From positions 1-56,531 of the forward strand of contig JBEGSW010000045.1 in NCBI GenBank assembly GCA_041179705.1: a DNA stretch of 56,531 nucleotides, written 5' to 3'. Source of the DNA: Bacillota bacterium (GTDB lineage: Bacteria > Bacillota > Bacilli > Paenibacillales > JBEGSW01). Position numbers and translations under genes: made by a program. Position 1 is the first letter of the stretch. Each line of letters opens with the position of its first letter. Below, piece by piece: positions 32,587 to 44,244 of the stretch. The notes beneath the pieces are model-generated. The model was not told the origin of the DNA. It searched no databases and saw only the letters and a list, made by a program, of their open reading frames with translations.

Positions 32587-32631
32587 AGCCCCTATTTTAT
32601 AAGGGAAATCCCTTATAAAATAGGGGCTTTT
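32587..32631 (+). terminator. terminator of the starch operon (42-bp near-perfect palindrome)
   Basis: agcccctattttataaggga-aa-tcccttataaaataggggct then ttt. Confidence 0.85.
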
Positions 32632-32647
32632 GTGTATAAAAAAAGAG

Positions 32648-32676
32648 TTGACTCTTGATATCAGCTCCTATATAAT
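32648..32676 (+). promoter_or_regulatory. sigma-A promoter of S10 operon
   Basis: TTGACT-17bp-TATAAT with A-rich UP element. Confidence 0.85.
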
Positions 32677-32682
32677 GTTGAA

Positions 32683-33124
<442 letters not shown>

Positions 33125-33162
33125 TCTAAACAGGTATGTTTGAAAGGAAAAGAGGTGTCAAC

Positions 33163-33789
33163 ATGAGTAAAGGTATCTTAGGTAAAAAATTGGGCATGAC
33201 GCAAGTGTTTGCTCAAGACGGAACAGTAGTTCCAGTAACGGTTATCGAAGCGGGTCCTTGTGTCGTTCTTCAAAAGAAGGAAGTAGCTAATGATGGCTAC
33301 GAAGCGATTCAGATCGGTTTTGCAGACAAAAAAGCGGTTCGTTCCACGAAACCTGAACAAGGTCACGCTGCTAAAGCGGGAACAACTCCTAAGCGCTACG
33401 TACGCGAAATTCGCGGTATCAACTTGACGGAGTATGAAGTTGGCCAAGAAATTAAGGCTGATCTTTTTGCAGAAGGCGAGTTTGTTGACGTAACGGGTAT
33501 TTCTAAAGGTAAAGGTTTCCAAGGTAACATCAAGCGCCATAATCAATCTCGCGGTCCTATGGCTCACGGTTCTCGTTACCACCGCGGTCCAGGTTCGATG
33601 GGTTCCATCGCAGCTAACCGTGTTATGAAGGGCAAAGCGTTGCCTGGTCATATGGGTCATGAGACAGTTACATTACAAAATCTTGAAATCGTTAAAATTG
33701 ACGTGGAGCGCAACGTTTTGTTAGTAAAAGGTTCGATTCCAGGTCCTAAAAATAGCTTCGTAAAAGTACGTTCCGCAGCGAAGAAATAA
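33163..33789 (+). CDS. rplC: 50S ribosomal protein L3
   Basis: [14 protein letters not shown]; ATG 33163 after SD gaggtg. Confidence 0.99.
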   Translation: MSKGILGKKLGMTQVFAQDGTVVPVTVIEAGPCVVLQKKEVANDGYEAIQIGFADKKAVRSTKPEQGHAAKAGTTPKRYVREIRGINLTEYEVGQEIKADLFAEGEFVDVTGISKGKGFQGNIKRHNQSRGPMAHGSRYHRGPGSMGSIAANRVMKGKALPGHMGHETVTLQNLEIVKIDVERNVLLVKGSIPGPKNSFVKVRSAAKK

Positions 33790-33816
33790 GTTGCGTAAGA
33801 AAGGAGGACATCCCTA

Positions 33817-34440
33817 ATGCCGAAAGTAGCTCTATTAAATACAGCTGGTAAACAAGTTGGTGACGTAGAATTGGCAGATTCCATTTTTGGTATCGAGCCA
33901 CATAAATACGTGCTTCACCAAGCCGTAACAATGCAACTAGCGTCCCTTCGTCAAGGTACGCACAAAGTTAAAGGTCGTTCTGAAGTTCGTGGTGGTGGTC
34001 GTAAACCTTGGAAACAAAAAGGTACTGGCCGCGCTCGTCAAGGTACGATCCGTGCACCGCAATGGAAAGGTGGCGGCGTTGTATTTGGTCCAACACCTCG
34101 TTCTTATGGCTGGAAATTGCCTAAGAAAGTTCGTCGTTTGGCAATCAAATCCGCTTTGTCCGCTAAAGTACAAGAGAACGAAATCATTGTTCTTGATCAA
34201 TTGGTAATGAGCCAATCCAAGACAAAAGAATTCGTAGCAATCTTAAAGAACCTCAACGTAGAGCGTAAAGCTCTTGTTGTAACTGCAACAGCTGACGAGC
34301 AAGTGATCTTATCCGCTCGTAACATCCCAGGCGTGAAAGTCTTGGCAGCAGATGGCATCAACGTGCTTGATGTACTTGGCCATGACCAATTAATCATTAC
34401 TAAGGGTGCTGTTGAGAAAGTAGAGGAGGTATTTGCGTAA
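33817..34440 (+). CDS. rplD: 50S ribosomal protein L4
   Basis: [18 protein letters not shown]. Confidence 0.99.
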   Translation: MPKVALLNTAGKQVGDVELADSIFGIEPHKYVLHQAVTMQLASLRQGTHKVKGRSEVRGGGRKPWKQKGTGRARQGTIRAPQWKGGGVVFGPTPRSYGWKLPKKVRRLAIKSALSAKVQENEIIVLDQLVMSQSKTKEFVAILKNLNVERKALVVTATADEQVILSARNIPGVKVLAADGINVLDVLGHDQLIITKGAVEKVEEVFA

Positions 34441-34730
34441 TGAAAGATCCTCGCGATATTATCAAACGTCCAATCATCACTGAGCGTTCTAGCGATTTGA
34501 TGGGAGAATTGAAATACACTTTTGAAGTGGATATCCGTTCTAGTAAGACAGAAATCAAATTGGCGATCGAAAGCATTTTCGGCGTTAAAGTTGACTATGT
34601 AAACACAATGCGTGTTTCTGGTAAACCAAAGCGTTATGGTCGTTACTCTGGTTACCGTTCTGACTGGAAAAAAGCAATCGTTCAATTAAAGGCAGATAGC
34701 AAACCGTTAGAATTCTTCGAAACGGTATAA
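34440..34730 (+). CDS. rplW: 50S ribosomal protein L23
   Basis: [21 protein letters not shown]. Confidence 0.98.
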   Translation: MKDPRDIIKRPIITERSSDLMGELKYTFEVDIRSSKTEIKLAIESIFGVKVDYVNTMRVSGKPKRYGRYSGYRSDWKKAIVQLKADSKPLEFFETV

Positions 34731-34760
34731 TACATTTCTTGAAGTAAGGAGGGAATTGAA

Positions 34761-35594
34761 GTGCCAATCAAAAAGTACAATCCGACTTCCCCGTCTAGAC
34801 GTCAAATGTCCGTGTCCACTTTTGAAGAGTTGACTCGCAACGTTGAACCGGAGAAATCTTTGTTGGCGCCGCTTTCTAAAAAAGCAGGCCGCAACAACCA
34901 AGGTAAAATTACGACTCGCCATCAAGGCGGTGGTCATAAGCGTAAATACCGTATTATTGACTTCAAACGCACGAAAGATGGTATCCCAGCGAAAGTTGCT
35001 ACTATCGAGTACGATCCGAACCGTACTGCTAACATTGCTTTGTTGCATTATGCAGATGGTGAGAAGCGTTACATCATTGCTCCTAAAGGACTTAAAGTTG
35101 GTGACGTTGTAACTTCTGGTGTTGATTCTGACATCAAAGTTGGTAACGCATTACCGCTTCTAAACATCCCTGTAGGTACTGTGATTCACAACATTGAGTT
35201 GAAGCCAGGTAAAGGCGGACAATTAGTTCGTGCAGCTGGTACTGAAGCGCAATTGCTTGGTAAAGAAGAGAACTACGTAGTAGTTCGTTTAAACTCCGGC
35301 GAAATGCGTAAAATTCTTAACACTTGCCGCGCAACAATTGGTTCTGTAGGTAACGAAGACCATGAGTTGATTAACATCGGTAAAGCTGGTCGTAGCCGTT
35401 GGTTAGGTCGTCGTCCAGAAGTTCGCGGTTCCGTAATGAACCCGGTTGACCATCCACACGGTGGTGGTGAAGGTCGTTCCCCAATCGGACGCAAATCACC
35501 TTTATCCCCATGGGGCAAACCAACTTTGGGTGCAAAGACTCGCAAGAAAAACAAAGCAAGCAGCAGCTTGATCATTCGTCGTCGCACGAAATAA
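34761..35594 (+). CDS. rplB: 50S ribosomal protein L2
   Basis: [24 protein letters not shown]. Confidence 0.99.
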   Translation: MPIKKYNPTSPSRRQMSVSTFEELTRNVEPEKSLLAPLSKKAGRNNQGKITTRHQGGGHKRKYRIIDFKRTKDGIPAKVATIEYDPNRTANIALLHYADGEKRYIIAPKGLKVGDVVTSGVDSDIKVGNALPLLNIPVGTVIHNIELKPGKGGQLVRAAGTEAQLLGKEENYVVVRLNSGEMRKILNTCRATIGSVGNEDHELINIGKAGRSRWLGRRPEVRGSVMNPVDHPHGGGEGRSPIGRKSPLSPWGKPTLGAKTRKKNKASSSLIIRRRTK

Positions 35595-35679
35595 TCGAAG
35601 TTAATGTAATTATTACTTCGTCACTTCGAAGCGTCGAAAGTTATCGACGCTTCCATATGTTGAGAAGGGAGGATTTCAA

Positions 35680-35958
35680 ATGGGACGCAGCTTAAAAAAA
35701 GGACCATTTATTGATGGTTACTTGATGAAAAAAGTTGAGGACATGGAAGCTAGCGGTAAGAAGAACGTTATCAAGACATGGTCTCGTCGTTCTACCATTT
35801 TCCCGCAATTTATCGGACACACTTTCGCTGTCTATGATGGTCGCAAGCATGTACCGGTTTATGTAACTGAAGATATGGTAGGTCACAAATTAGGCGAATT
35901 CGCTCCGACTCGTACTTACAAGGGTCACACGGACGAAGATCGCAAGACAAGACGCTAA
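35680..35958 (+). CDS. rpsS: 30S ribosomal protein S19
   Basis: [21 protein letters not shown]. Confidence 0.99.
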   Translation: MGRSLKKGPFIDGYLMKKVEDMEASGKKNVIKTWSRRSTIFPQFIGHTFAVYDGRKHVPVYVTEDMVGHKLGEFAPTRTYKGHTDEDRKTRR

Positions 35959-36003
35959 TCAAATTAGCATCTTAGCTAAATAGCAATTGGGAGGAGGTTC
36001 ACC

Positions 36004-36336
36004 ATGGAAGTGAAAGCACATGCTAAGTTCGTTCGCATTGCTCCCCGCAAAGTAAAATTGGTTATCGATCTTATTCGCGGTAAGAAGGTTGGCGAAGCGA
36101 TTTCTATTCTTCGTCACACTCCGAAAGCAGCATCTCCAGTCGTTGAGAAATTGTTGAATTCGGCAATCGCGAATGCAGAACATAATCATTCTTTAGATGT
36201 GAACACATTGGTTGTTGCATCTGCATATGCAAACGAAGGTCCAACAATGAAACGATTCCGTCCTCGCGCAATGGGACGTGCAAGTCGTATCAATAAACGT
36301 ACGAGCCACATCACGCTAGTTTTATCTGAAAAATAA
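36004..36336 (+). CDS. rplV: 50S ribosomal protein L22
   Basis: [20 protein letters not shown]. Confidence 0.99.
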   Translation: MEVKAHAKFVRIAPRKVKLVIDLIRGKKVGEAISILRHTPKAASPVVEKLLNSAIANAEHNHSLDVNTLVVASAYANEGPTMKRFRPRAMGRASRINKRTSHITLVLSEK

Positions 36337-36349
36337 GGAGGGATAAAGT

Positions 36350-37018
36350 GTGGGTCAAAAGGTAAATCCAGTCGGCCTTCGTGTCGGCGTTATTCGCGAT
36401 TGGGAATCCAAGTGGTACGCAGAAAAAGATTTCGGTACATTACTTATGGAAGACGTAAAAATCCGTGAATACCTCAAAACGAAATTAAAAGATTCAGCTG
36501 TTTCCCATATCGAAATCGAGCGCGCGGCTAACCGTGTGAACGTAACTATCCATACAGCTAAGCCTGGTATGGTAATCGGTAAAGGTGGAGCAGAAGTTGA
36601 AGTGATTCGCGCAGCATTGACGAAGATCTCCAACGACAAAAAAGTTCATATCAACATCTCTGAGATCAAAAATCCAGAAGTTGATGCAATTCTAGTAGCA
36701 GAAGGCATCGCACAACAATTAGAGCGTCGTGTATCTTTCCGTCGCGCTATGAAGCAGTCGATCCAACGCTCTATGCGTTCCGGCGCAAAAGGTATTAAGA
36801 CATTAGTAAGCGGTCGTCTTGGCGGCGCTGAAATCGCTCGTAGCGAAGGTTACAGCGAAGGAACAGTTCCTCTTCATACGCTTCGTGCTGATATCGACTA
36901 TGGTACTGCTGAAGCTCATACAACTTACGGTATTATCGGCGTTAAAGTCTGGATCTACCGTGGAGAAGTTCTTCCAGTGTCTAAGAAAAAAGCAGTTGCA
37001 GTGGAAGGAGGTAACTAA
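36350..37018 (+). CDS. rpsC: 30S ribosomal protein S3
   Basis: [21 protein letters not shown]. Confidence 0.99.
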   Translation: MGQKVNPVGLRVGVIRDWESKWYAEKDFGTLLMEDVKIREYLKTKLKDSAVSHIEIERAANRVNVTIHTAKPGMVIGKGGAEVEVIRAALTKISNDKKVHINISEIKNPEVDAILVAEGIAQQLERRVSFRRAMKQSIQRSMRSGAKGIKTLVSGRLGGAEIARSEGYSEGTVPLHTLRADIDYGTAEAHTTYGIIGVKVWIYRGEVLPVSKKKAVAVEGGN

Positions 37019-37020
37019 TC

Positions 37021-37461
37021 ATGTTGGTACCTAAACGCGTTAAACACCGCAAAGAACACCGCGGTAGCATGAAAGGTCGCGCTAAAGGCGGCGCTGAAGT
37101 ACATTTCGGTGAATTCGGTTTGCAAGCATTAGAACCAGCATGGGTTACTAACCGTCAAATCGAAGCAGCTCGTATTGCCATGACACGTTACATCAAACGT
37201 GGTGGTAAAGTATGGATTAAAATTTTCCCTTCCAAACCAATCACTCAAAAGCCTCTTGAAGTGCGTATGGGTAGCGGTAAAGGTAACGTGGAAAAATGGG
37301 TAGCAGTAGTAAAGCCGGGCAAAGTATTGTTTGAACTTGCTGGTGTAAGTGAAGAGATTGCTCGTGAAGCAATGCGTCTTGCTTCCCACAAATTACCAAT
37401 CAAGACGAAGTTCGTGAAAAAAGCACAAGAAGTGGCAGGTGAAGTAAATGAAAGCAACTGA
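37021..37461 (+). CDS. rplP: 50S ribosomal protein L16
   Basis: [18 protein letters not shown]. Confidence 0.99.
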   Translation: MLVPKRVKHRKEHRGSMKGRAKGGAEVHFGEFGLQALEPAWVTNRQIEAARIAMTRYIKRGGKVWIKIFPSKPITQKPLEVRMGSGKGNVEKWVAVVKPGKVLFELAGVSEEIAREAMRLASHKLPIKTKFVKKAQEVAGEVNESN

Positions 37462-37645
37462 TTTCCGCAACCTAACCACTGTCGAAATTGAACAAAAGAT
37501 CACTTCGTTCAAAGAAGAATTGTTTAACCTACGCTTTCAATTAGCTACCGGTCAATTGGATAACCCAACTCGCATTCGCGAAGTTCGTAAATCCATTGCA
37601 CGCGCAAAGACGATTCTTCGTCAACGTGAAATCGGTATTGGTTAA
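37448..37645 (+). CDS. rpmC: 50S ribosomal protein L29
   Basis: [16 protein letters not shown]. Confidence 0.98.
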   Translation: MKATDFRNLTTVEIEQKITSFKEELFNLRFQLATGQLDNPTRIREVRKSIARAKTILRQREIGIG

Positions 37646-37691
37646 TTGATAGACACTCAATGTTTCTGAGACTCAGAGAGGAGGATAAACA

Positions 37692-37955
37692 GTGACACAA
37701 CGCAATGATCGTCGCGTACAAATCGGCAAAGTGGTAAGTGACAAAATGGATAAAACCATCGTAGTAGCGGTGGAAACATATAAGAAGCACAGCTTATATC
37801 ACAAACGCATTAAGTACACGAAAAAATTCAAAGCGCATGATGAGTTGAACACAGCACAAGCTGGGGACATCGTTAAAATCATGGAAACGCGCCCTATCTC
37901 CAAGGACAAAAACTGGAGACTGGTTGAAGTCGTGGAAAAAGCAGTAATCGTATAA
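37692..37955 (+). CDS. rpsQ: 30S ribosomal protein S17
   Basis: [21 protein letters not shown]. Confidence 0.99.
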   Translation: MTQRNDRRVQIGKVVSDKMDKTIVVAVETYKKHSLYHKRIKYTKKFKAHDELNTAQAGDIVKIMETRPISKDKNWRLVEVVEKAVIV

Positions 37956-37998
37956 GTAACGAATAGTTGACCGTCTGGAGACGGAAGGAGGGACAACA

Positions 37999-38367
37999 AT
38001 GATTCAACCTTTTACTCGTTTAAAAGCAGCAGACAATTCTGGAGCTAAAGAATTGATGTGCATCAAGGTGTTAGGTGGTACTGGACGTCGTGTAGGTCAC
38101 ATCGGTGACATTATCGTCGCTTCTGTAAAAGCCGCAACACCAGGTGGCGTTGTCAAAAAAGGCGACGTAGTTAAAGCAGTAATCGTTCGTACACGTACTG
38201 GCGCTCGTCGTAAAGATGGTTCTTACATCCGTTTTGATGAGAATGCAGCAGTAATCGTGAAAGACGATAAAGGCCCACGTGGTACTCGTATTTTCGGACC
38301 AGTTGCTCGCGAACTTCGCGATCGTGACTTCATGAAAATCGTTTCCTTAGCACCTGAAGTAATTTAG
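37999..38367 (+). CDS. rplN: 50S ribosomal protein L14
   Basis: [26 protein letters not shown]. Confidence 0.99.
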   Translation: MIQPFTRLKAADNSGAKELMCIKVLGGTGRRVGHIGDIIVASVKAATPGGVVKKGDVVKAVIVRTRTGARRKDGSYIRFDENAAVIVKDDKGPRGTRIFGPVARELRDRDFMKIVSLAPEVI

Positions 38368-38422
38368 GACTAAGAGAAGTATTTGTTAGAAGTAGCTAAG
38401 CTACAGGAGGTGTAAATAAACA

Positions 38423-38776
38423 ATGCCGAAGCAAAAAAAGCGTTTGGAGTCTCATAACAATAAGCTCCACGTTAAAAAAGAAGATACAGTAATCGTAATT
38501 ACTGGTAAGGATAAAGGCAAAAAAGGTCGCGTTATCGAAGCTTACCCTCGTCAAAACCGCGTTTTGGTAGAAGGTGTAAACCTTGTTAAAAAGCACGCGA
38601 AACCTAGCCAAGCAAATCCGCAAGGCGGCATCTTAAATCAAGAAGCTTCGATTCACGTATCCAACGTAATGTTGATCGATCCGAAATCAGGCAAGCCAAC
38701 TCGCGTAGGTTACAAAGTACTTGAGAACGGTAAAAAAGTACGCGTAGCTAAAAAATCCGGCGAAATTATCGACTAG
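38423..38776 (+). CDS. rplX: 50S ribosomal protein L24
   Basis: [25 protein letters not shown]. Confidence 0.98.
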   Translation: MPKQKKRLESHNNKLHVKKEDTVIVITGKDKGKKGRVIEAYPRQNRVLVEGVNLVKKHAKPSQANPQGGILNQEASIHVSNVMLIDPKSGKPTRVGYKVLENGKKVRVAKKSGEIID

Positions 38777-38809
38777 TTTGATCGATGCGAAAGGAGGTAA
38801 CACAAGATC

Positions 38810-39352
38810 ATGGCAGTAAGAATGAGAGAGCGTTTTTTAAATGATATTACACCTGCTTTAATCCAAAAGTTTAACTATACAACGGTTATGCAAGTTCCGA
38901 AGATTGAGAAAGTTGTCATCAACATTGGTATGGGCGAAGCAGTTTCGAACTCCAAAGTATTGGACAGCGCAGTCGAAGAATTGCAGTTGATCACTGGTCA
39001 AAAGCCGGTTATCACTAAAGCAAAAAAATCCATCGCGGGCTTTAAGCTTCGTGAAGGTATGCCAATCGGCGTTAAAGTAACGTTGCGTGGCGAACGCATG
39101 TATTACTTCTTAGACAAATTGTTTAACGTTGCACTACCTCGCGTACGCGATTTCCGTGGCGTTTCAACAAAGGCTTTTGATGGTCGTGGTAACTATACAC
39201 TTGGGTTGAAAGAGCAATTGATCTTCCCAGAAATCGAGTACGATAAAGTTGATAAGACTCGTGGTATGGATATCGTAATCGTAACAACAGCTAAATCCGA
39301 TGAAGAAGCACGCGAGCTGTTAGTACAGCTTGGCATGCCATTCGCGAAGTAA
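38810..39352 (+). CDS. rplE: 50S ribosomal protein L5
   Basis: [30 protein letters not shown]. Confidence 0.99.
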   Translation: MAVRMRERFLNDITPALIQKFNYTTVMQVPKIEKVVINIGMGEAVSNSKVLDSAVEELQLITGQKPVITKAKKSIAGFKLREGMPIGVKVTLRGERMYYFLDKLFNVALPRVRDFRGVSTKAFDGRGNYTLGLKEQLIFPEIEYDKVDKTRGMDIVIVTTAKSDEEARELLVQLGMPFAK

Positions 39353-39394
39353 TAATGGTTCGTTCTCCCAGAGATCTATAGGAGGTGTCAAGAA

Positions 39395-39580
39395 GTGGCC
39401 AAAACTTCGATGAAAATCAAACAACAGCGCGAGCCGAAGTTCAAAGTTCAAGCTTATACTCGTTGCGAAAAATGTGGACGTCCACATTCCGTGTTGCGTA
39501 AATTTAAAATTTGCAGAATTTGCTTCCGTGAATTAGCTTATAAAGGCCAAATTCCGGGTGTGAAGAAAGCTAGCTGGTAA
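39395..39580 (+). CDS. rpsN: 30S ribosomal protein S14 (zinc-binding type Z)
   Basis: 61 aa with CxxC...CxxC (RCEKCGR...ICRIC), KKASW. Confidence 0.98.
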   Translation: MAKTSMKIKQQREPKFKVQAYTRCEKCGRPHSVLRKFKICRICFRELAYKGQIPGVKKASW

Positions 39581-39612
39581 ACTACCCTTTATGGGAAGGA
39601 GGTTCGTATCAA

Positions 39613-40011
39613 ATGGTTATGTCAGATCCTATTGCAGATTTGCTAACTCGTATTCGTAACGCCAACTTGGTACGTCACGAAACGGTTGAAATTCCTGCAT
39701 CCAAAGCGAAGAAAGAAATCATTGAGATTTTGAAGCGCGAAGGCTTCATTCGCGATGCAGAATATGTAGAAGATAACAAACAAGGTATTATCCGCGTGTT
39801 CTTGAAATACGGTCCGAACAATGAGCGTGTTATTACAGGATTGAAGCGTATCAGCAAACCTGGTTTGCGTGTATATGCGAAATCTTTGGAAATCCCTCGC
39901 GTTTTAGGTGGTTTGGGAATTGCTATTATTTCCACATCTAAAGGTGTTATGACTGATAAAGAAGCACGTCAAGCTAAAGCTGGCGGAGAAGTAATCTGCT
40001 ACGTTTGGTAA
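39613..40011 (+). CDS. rpsH: 30S ribosomal protein S8
   Basis: [23 protein letters not shown]. Confidence 0.99.
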   Translation: MVMSDPIADLLTRIRNANLVRHETVEIPASKAKKEIIEILKREGFIRDAEYVEDNKQGIIRVFLKYGPNNERVITGLKRISKPGLRVYAKSLEIPRVLGGLGIAIISTSKGVMTDKEARQAKAGGEVICYVW

Positions 40012-40041
40012 TAAAAAGTAGAATTGAATGGAGGTGTATTC

Positions 40042-40584
40042 ATGTCTCGTATTGGTCGTAAACCGATTTCCATTCCTGCTGGTGTGGACGTAAAAATCGA
40101 TAACAATCAAATTACAGTTAAAGGACCTAAAGGTACACTTTCTCGCGCGCTTCATAAAGACATTCAGGTCGTGGTTGAAGGCAGTGAGATTTTGGTACAA
40201 CGTCCGTCCGATAATAAATTACACCGTTCTTTGCATGGAACAACTCGTTCCGTAGTTAACAACATGGTTAGCGGCGTAACAGAAGGTTTCGTGAAGAACT
40301 TGGAGCTTGTAGGTGTAGGTTACCGTGCTAACTTAGCTGGTAAAAATCTAAACTTGGCAGTGGGTTACTCCCACCCAGTTGAAATTTCTCCTGAAGCAGG
40401 CATCGAATTTGAAGTACCGGCTAACAACAAAATCGTTGTTAAAGGTATCGATAAAGAGCGTGTAGGCGCAGTAGCAGCACAAATTCGTGCAGTACGTGAA
40501 CCAGAACCGTATAAAGGTAAAGGTATCAAGTACGAAAACGAAAAGATCCTTCGCAAAGAAGGTAAAGCTGGTAAGAAGAAATAA
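40042..40584 (+). CDS. rplF: 50S ribosomal protein L6
   Basis: [17 protein letters not shown]; ATG 40042. Confidence 0.99.
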   Translation: MSRIGRKPISIPAGVDVKIDNNQITVKGPKGTLSRALHKDIQVVVEGSEILVQRPSDNKLHRSLHGTTRSVVNNMVSGVTEGFVKNLELVGVGYRANLAGKNLNLAVGYSHPVEISPEAGIEFEVPANNKIVVKGIDKERVGAVAAQIRAVREPEPYKGKGIKYENEKILRKEGKAGKKK

Positions 40585-40649
40585 AAAGCGGAGTTTCCCG
40601 CTAAGCGATAAAATGAAGTTCATAGCTTGAGAAAGGAGTGACTTCCGGA

Positions 40650-41018
40650 ATGATTACTAAAAGCGATAAAAACAAAGCGCGTCTGAAAAGACACCTTCGT
40701 GTTCGTAAAAAAGTAAACGGAACAACAGCTCGTCCTCGTTTGAGCGTTTACCGTTCATCCAAACATATTTATGCTCAAATTATCGATGATACAAATGCAG
40801 TAACAATCGTGGCTGCTTCTACAGCGGACAAAGAACTTAAAGCATCCATCGGTAATGGCGGTAGCGTTGAGGCAGCTAAACAAGTTGGCGAAGCGATCGC
40901 TAAACGTGCTAAAGACAAAGGTATTGACTCTGTCGTATTCGACCGTGGTGGTTACCTTTACCATGGCCGCATTCAAGCGCTTGCTGATGCAGCGCGTGAA
41001 GCTGGTCTAGTATTCTGA
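40650..41018 (+). CDS. rplR: 50S ribosomal protein L18
   Basis: [21 protein letters not shown]. Confidence 0.98.
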   Translation: MITKSDKNKARLKRHLRVRKKVNGTTARPRLSVYRSSKHIYAQIIDDTNAVTIVAASTADKELKASIGNGGSVEAAKQVGEAIAKRAKDKGIDSVVFDRGGYLYHGRIQALADAAREAGLVF

Positions 41019-41047
41019 TTTAATCTCATGACAAGGAGGTTAGTGAC

Positions 41048-41545
41048 TTGCGCATTAATCCAAACACGTTAGAACTCACTGAAAAAGTTGTTCATATTAG
41101 CCGTGTAGCAAAAGTTGTAAAAGGCGGTCGTCGTTTCAGCTTTAGCGCATTGGTAGTAGTTGGGGATGGCAATGGTTACGTAGGAGCTGGTATTGGTAAA
41201 GCTTCCGAGGTTCCAGATGCAATCCGTAAAGGCATCGATGATGCAAAGAAAAATTTAATTCATGTTCCTTTAGTTGGCACTACAATTCCTCACTTGGTGC
41301 TTGGTCAATTCGGCGCTGGTGAAGTATTGTTGAAACCTGCTTCCAAAGGTACAGGGGTTATCGCAGGCGGTCCAGTTCGTGCAGTTCTTGAACTTGCTGG
41401 TGTAGGCGATATCTTAACGAAATCTCTTGGTTCTTCAAACTCCACTAATATGGTTAACGCTACATTAGAAGGTTTGAGCCGATTGAAGCGTGCTGAAGAC
41501 GTAGCGAAACTTCGCGGTAAAACCGTTGAAGAGTTATTGGGTTAG
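41048..41545 (+). CDS. rpsE: 30S ribosomal protein S5
   Basis: [22 protein letters not shown]. Confidence 0.99.
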   Translation: MRINPNTLELTEKVVHISRVAKVVKGGRRFSFSALVVVGDGNGYVGAGIGKASEVPDAIRKGIDDAKKNLIHVPLVGTTIPHLVLGQFGAGEVLLKPASKGTGVIAGGPVRAVLELAGVGDILTKSLGSSNSTNMVNATLEGLSRLKRAEDVAKLRGKTVEELLG

Positions 41546-41558
41546 GAGGGAAAATAAC

Positions 41559-41741
41559 ATGGCAAATCAATTACAAGTTACCCTCAAACGCAGTTTGATT
41601 GGTCGTCCTGAACCACAACGCGCAACAGTTCGTTCCCTTGGACTTACTAAGTTGCACCAAACAGTGGTACACCAGGATAACGTAGCAATCCGCGGTATGA
41701 TCAACAAAGTTATTCACTTAGTAGAAGTGAAAGAAGTATAA
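41559..41741 (+). CDS. rpmD: 50S ribosomal protein L30
   Basis: [12 protein letters not shown]...LGL...IRGMINKV; ATG 41559. Confidence 0.97.
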   Translation: MANQLQVTLKRSLIGRPEPQRATVRSLGLTKLHQTVVHQDNVAIRGMINKVIHLVEVKEV

Positions 41742-41777
41742 TTAAGCACTACGCAAATCTAACAAGGAGGTGCACGG

Positions 41778-42218
41778 ATGAAGTTACACGAATTACAACC
41801 TGCTCCAGGTTCTAAGAAGACTCGTAACCGTGTCGGTCGTGGTATCGGTACTGGTAACGGTAAGACTTCCGGTCGTGGTCATAAAGGCCAAGGCGCTCGT
41901 TCTGGTGGCGGTGTTCGTCCTGGTTTCGAGGGTGGTCAAAACCCATTGTACCGTCGTTTACCTAAGCGCGGTTTCACAAACATTCATCGCACAGAATTCG
42001 CGATTATTAACTTAGATGTTCTTAATCGTTTTGCTGCAGGCACAGAAGTTACTCCAGAATTATTGCTTGAAGTTGGAATCATCTCGAATCCAAAAGACGG
42101 CATTAAAATCTTGGGTGATGGTCAATTAGAAGTCGCTTTAACAGTTAAAGCGAACAAATTCTCCCAATCTGCGGTAGAGAAAATTCAAGCTGCAGGCGGT
42201 AAATCCGAGGTGATCTAA
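41778..42218 (+). CDS. rplO: 50S ribosomal protein L15
   Basis: [20 protein letters not shown]. Confidence 0.99.
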   Translation: MKLHELQPAPGSKKTRNRVGRGIGTGNGKTSGRGHKGQGARSGGGVRPGFEGGQNPLYRRLPKRGFTNIHRTEFAIINLDVLNRFAAGTEVTPELLLEVGIISNPKDGIKILGDGQLEVALTVKANKFSQSAVEKIQAAGGKSEVI

Positions 42219-43525
42219 TGTTTAAGACAATCTCAAACATTTTCAAAATCGCCGATCTGCGCGCGAAGATTTTATTCACACTGGGCGTACTGATTATTTA
42301 TCGAATCGGTACGTTCATTCCAGTACCTAACATTGATACGGAATATTTAAAGCAGGCTGACAAGGCACAGACAGCAGACATTTTTGGTTTGTTGAACACC
42401 TTCTCTGGTGGCGCATTGAAGAACTTCTCGATCTTTGCAATGGGTATTATGCCGTATATCACGGCATCCATCATTGTGCAATTGCTATCGATGGACGTTA
42501 TTCCTAAGTTTGCTGAATGGGCAAAAGAAGGCGAAAACGGTCGTCGTAAACTTGCGCAATTCACTCGTTATGGAACAATCATTCTTGGCTTTATCCAAGG
42601 TTATGCGACATCGATTGGTTTCAATCGCTTGTATGGTTATAACATGGTATTAGATCCAAGCATTACAACTTACCTTGTAATTGCAGTTGTTCTTGCAGCG
42701 GGTACTGCGTTCCTCATGTGGATTGGTGAGCAATTAAACGAATACGGCATTGGTAACGGAATTTCAATTCTAATCTTTGCTGGTATCGTGGCTGGCTTCC
42801 CTAATCAGGTTAACCAAATCTACACATTGTGGTTCACAGGCGATGCAGCGGATGCGATGTTCTTGAACATCATTAAAGTATTGGTAGTTATTTTAGTTAT
42901 TATTGCTATTGTTGCTGCTGTTATCTTTATTCAGCAAGGCGTACGTAAAATCCCAGTACAATATGCGAAACGCGTTGTGGGTCGCAAGATGTACGGTGGA
43001 CAAAATACGCATTTGCCAATCAAAGTTAATGGTGCAGGTGTTATTCCAGTAATCTTTGCATTGTCCTTGTTGTTCTTCCCTGCGACAATTGCGCAATTCT
43101 GGAGTACAAAAGACTGGGCACAATGGATTATTAATAACTTAACTTACCAAAAACCTTTGGGTATGGTTCTGTACGTATTACTGATTATTGGTTTCACGTT
43201 CTTCTACACGTTCGTTCAAATCAATCCAGTACAAATGGCAGACAACTTGAAGAAAAATGGCGGGTACATTCCGGGCATTCGTCCTGGTAAGACAACTGCT
43301 GTTTATCTGACTCGTGTAATGACTCGCATTACATTGGCAGGCGCTTTGTTCCTTGCAGCAATTTCTGTGTTACCTGTATTCTTTGGTAGCTTAGCTAATT
43401 TGCCTAGCTCTGTAGCAATTGGCGGCACTTCATTACTAATCGTAATCGGTGTTGCGCTTGATACAATGAAACAAATTGAAAGCCAATTGATGAAACGTCA
43501 TTATAAAGGGTTTATTAACAAGTAA
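42218..43525 (+). CDS. secY: preprotein translocase subunit SecY
   Basis: SIFAMGIMPYITASII, GIGNGIS, IPGIRPG, GGTSLLI. Confidence 0.99.
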   Translation: MFKTISNIFKIADLRAKILFTLGVLIIYRIGTFIPVPNIDTEYLKQADKAQTADIFGLLNTFSGGALKNFSIFAMGIMPYITASIIVQLLSMDVIPKFAEWAKEGENGRRKLAQFTRYGTIILGFIQGYATSIGFNRLYGYNMVLDPSITTYLVIAVVLAAGTAFLMWIGEQLNEYGIGNGISILIFAGIVAGFPNQVNQIYTLWFTGDAADAMFLNIIKVLVVILVIIAIVAAVIFIQQGVRKIPVQYAKRVVGRKMYGGQNTHLPIKVNGAGVIPVIFALSLLFFPATIAQFWSTKDWAQWIINNLTYQKPLGMVLYVLLIIGFTFFYTFVQINPVQMADNLKKNGGYIPGIRPGKTTAVYLTRVMTRITLAGALFLAAISVLPVFFGSLANLPSSVAIGGTSLLIVIGVALDTMKQIESQLMKRHYKGFINK

Positions 43526-43590
43526 AATGCGACAGGTGAGTAAAATAACTCGTCGCGCAACAATAGGCTAGCAACAGGGAGGTATGTTCA

Positions 43591-44244
43591 TTGAATATTT
43601 TGTTCATGGGTCCTCCGGGAGCCGGCAAAGGAACGCAAGCTGAACATATCGTGACAGCATTTAACGTGCCACACATTTCGACTGGCGATGCTTTCCGCTT
43701 AGCAATCAAACAGGGTACACCGATTGGATTGAAAGCGAAAGAATACATCGATCAAGGTTTGTTGGTACCAGATGAAATCACGGTAGGCATCGTCCAAGAG
43801 CGTTTGCAATTGGAAGACTGCCAAGCTGGTTTTCTTTTAGACGGCTTTCCTAGAACTTTGTCACAAGCAGAAGCGCTTGATGGTATTTTGACTACAATGG
43901 GTAAAAAAATTGATTCAGTAATCAATTTAGCAGTAGATCGTAATTTGTTGTTAGCTCGTCTAACGGGTCGACGCATTTGTAAATCTTGTGCAGCTACCTA
44001 TCATGTAATGTTCAATGCACCTAAACAAGCAATGGTTTGTGATAAGTGCGACGGAGAACTTTACCAACGGTCTGATGATACGGAAGAAAAAGTTGGAACT
44101 CGCTTAGATGAATACATCAACAAGACAGCTCCTCTCCTTTCTTACTACAGTAATAAAGGAGTACTGCGAGAGGTTGATGGCGAGCAGTCCATCGAATCGG
44201 TTAGCTCCGAAATCACTACGATTTTGAAAGGGACTCAAGCATGA
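43591..44244 (+). CDS. adk: adenylate kinase
   Basis: [12 protein letters not shown]-loop, LDGFPRT, zinc lid CxxC...CxxC. Confidence 0.98.
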   Translation: MNILFMGPPGAGKGTQAEHIVTAFNVPHISTGDAFRLAIKQGTPIGLKAKEYIDQGLLVPDEITVGIVQERLQLEDCQAGFLLDGFPRTLSQAEALDGILTTMGKKIDSVINLAVDRNLLLARLTGRRICKSCAATYHVMFNAPKQAMVCDKCDGELYQRSDDTEEKVGTRLDEYINKTAPLLSYYSNKGVLREVDGEQSIESVSSEITTILKGTQA

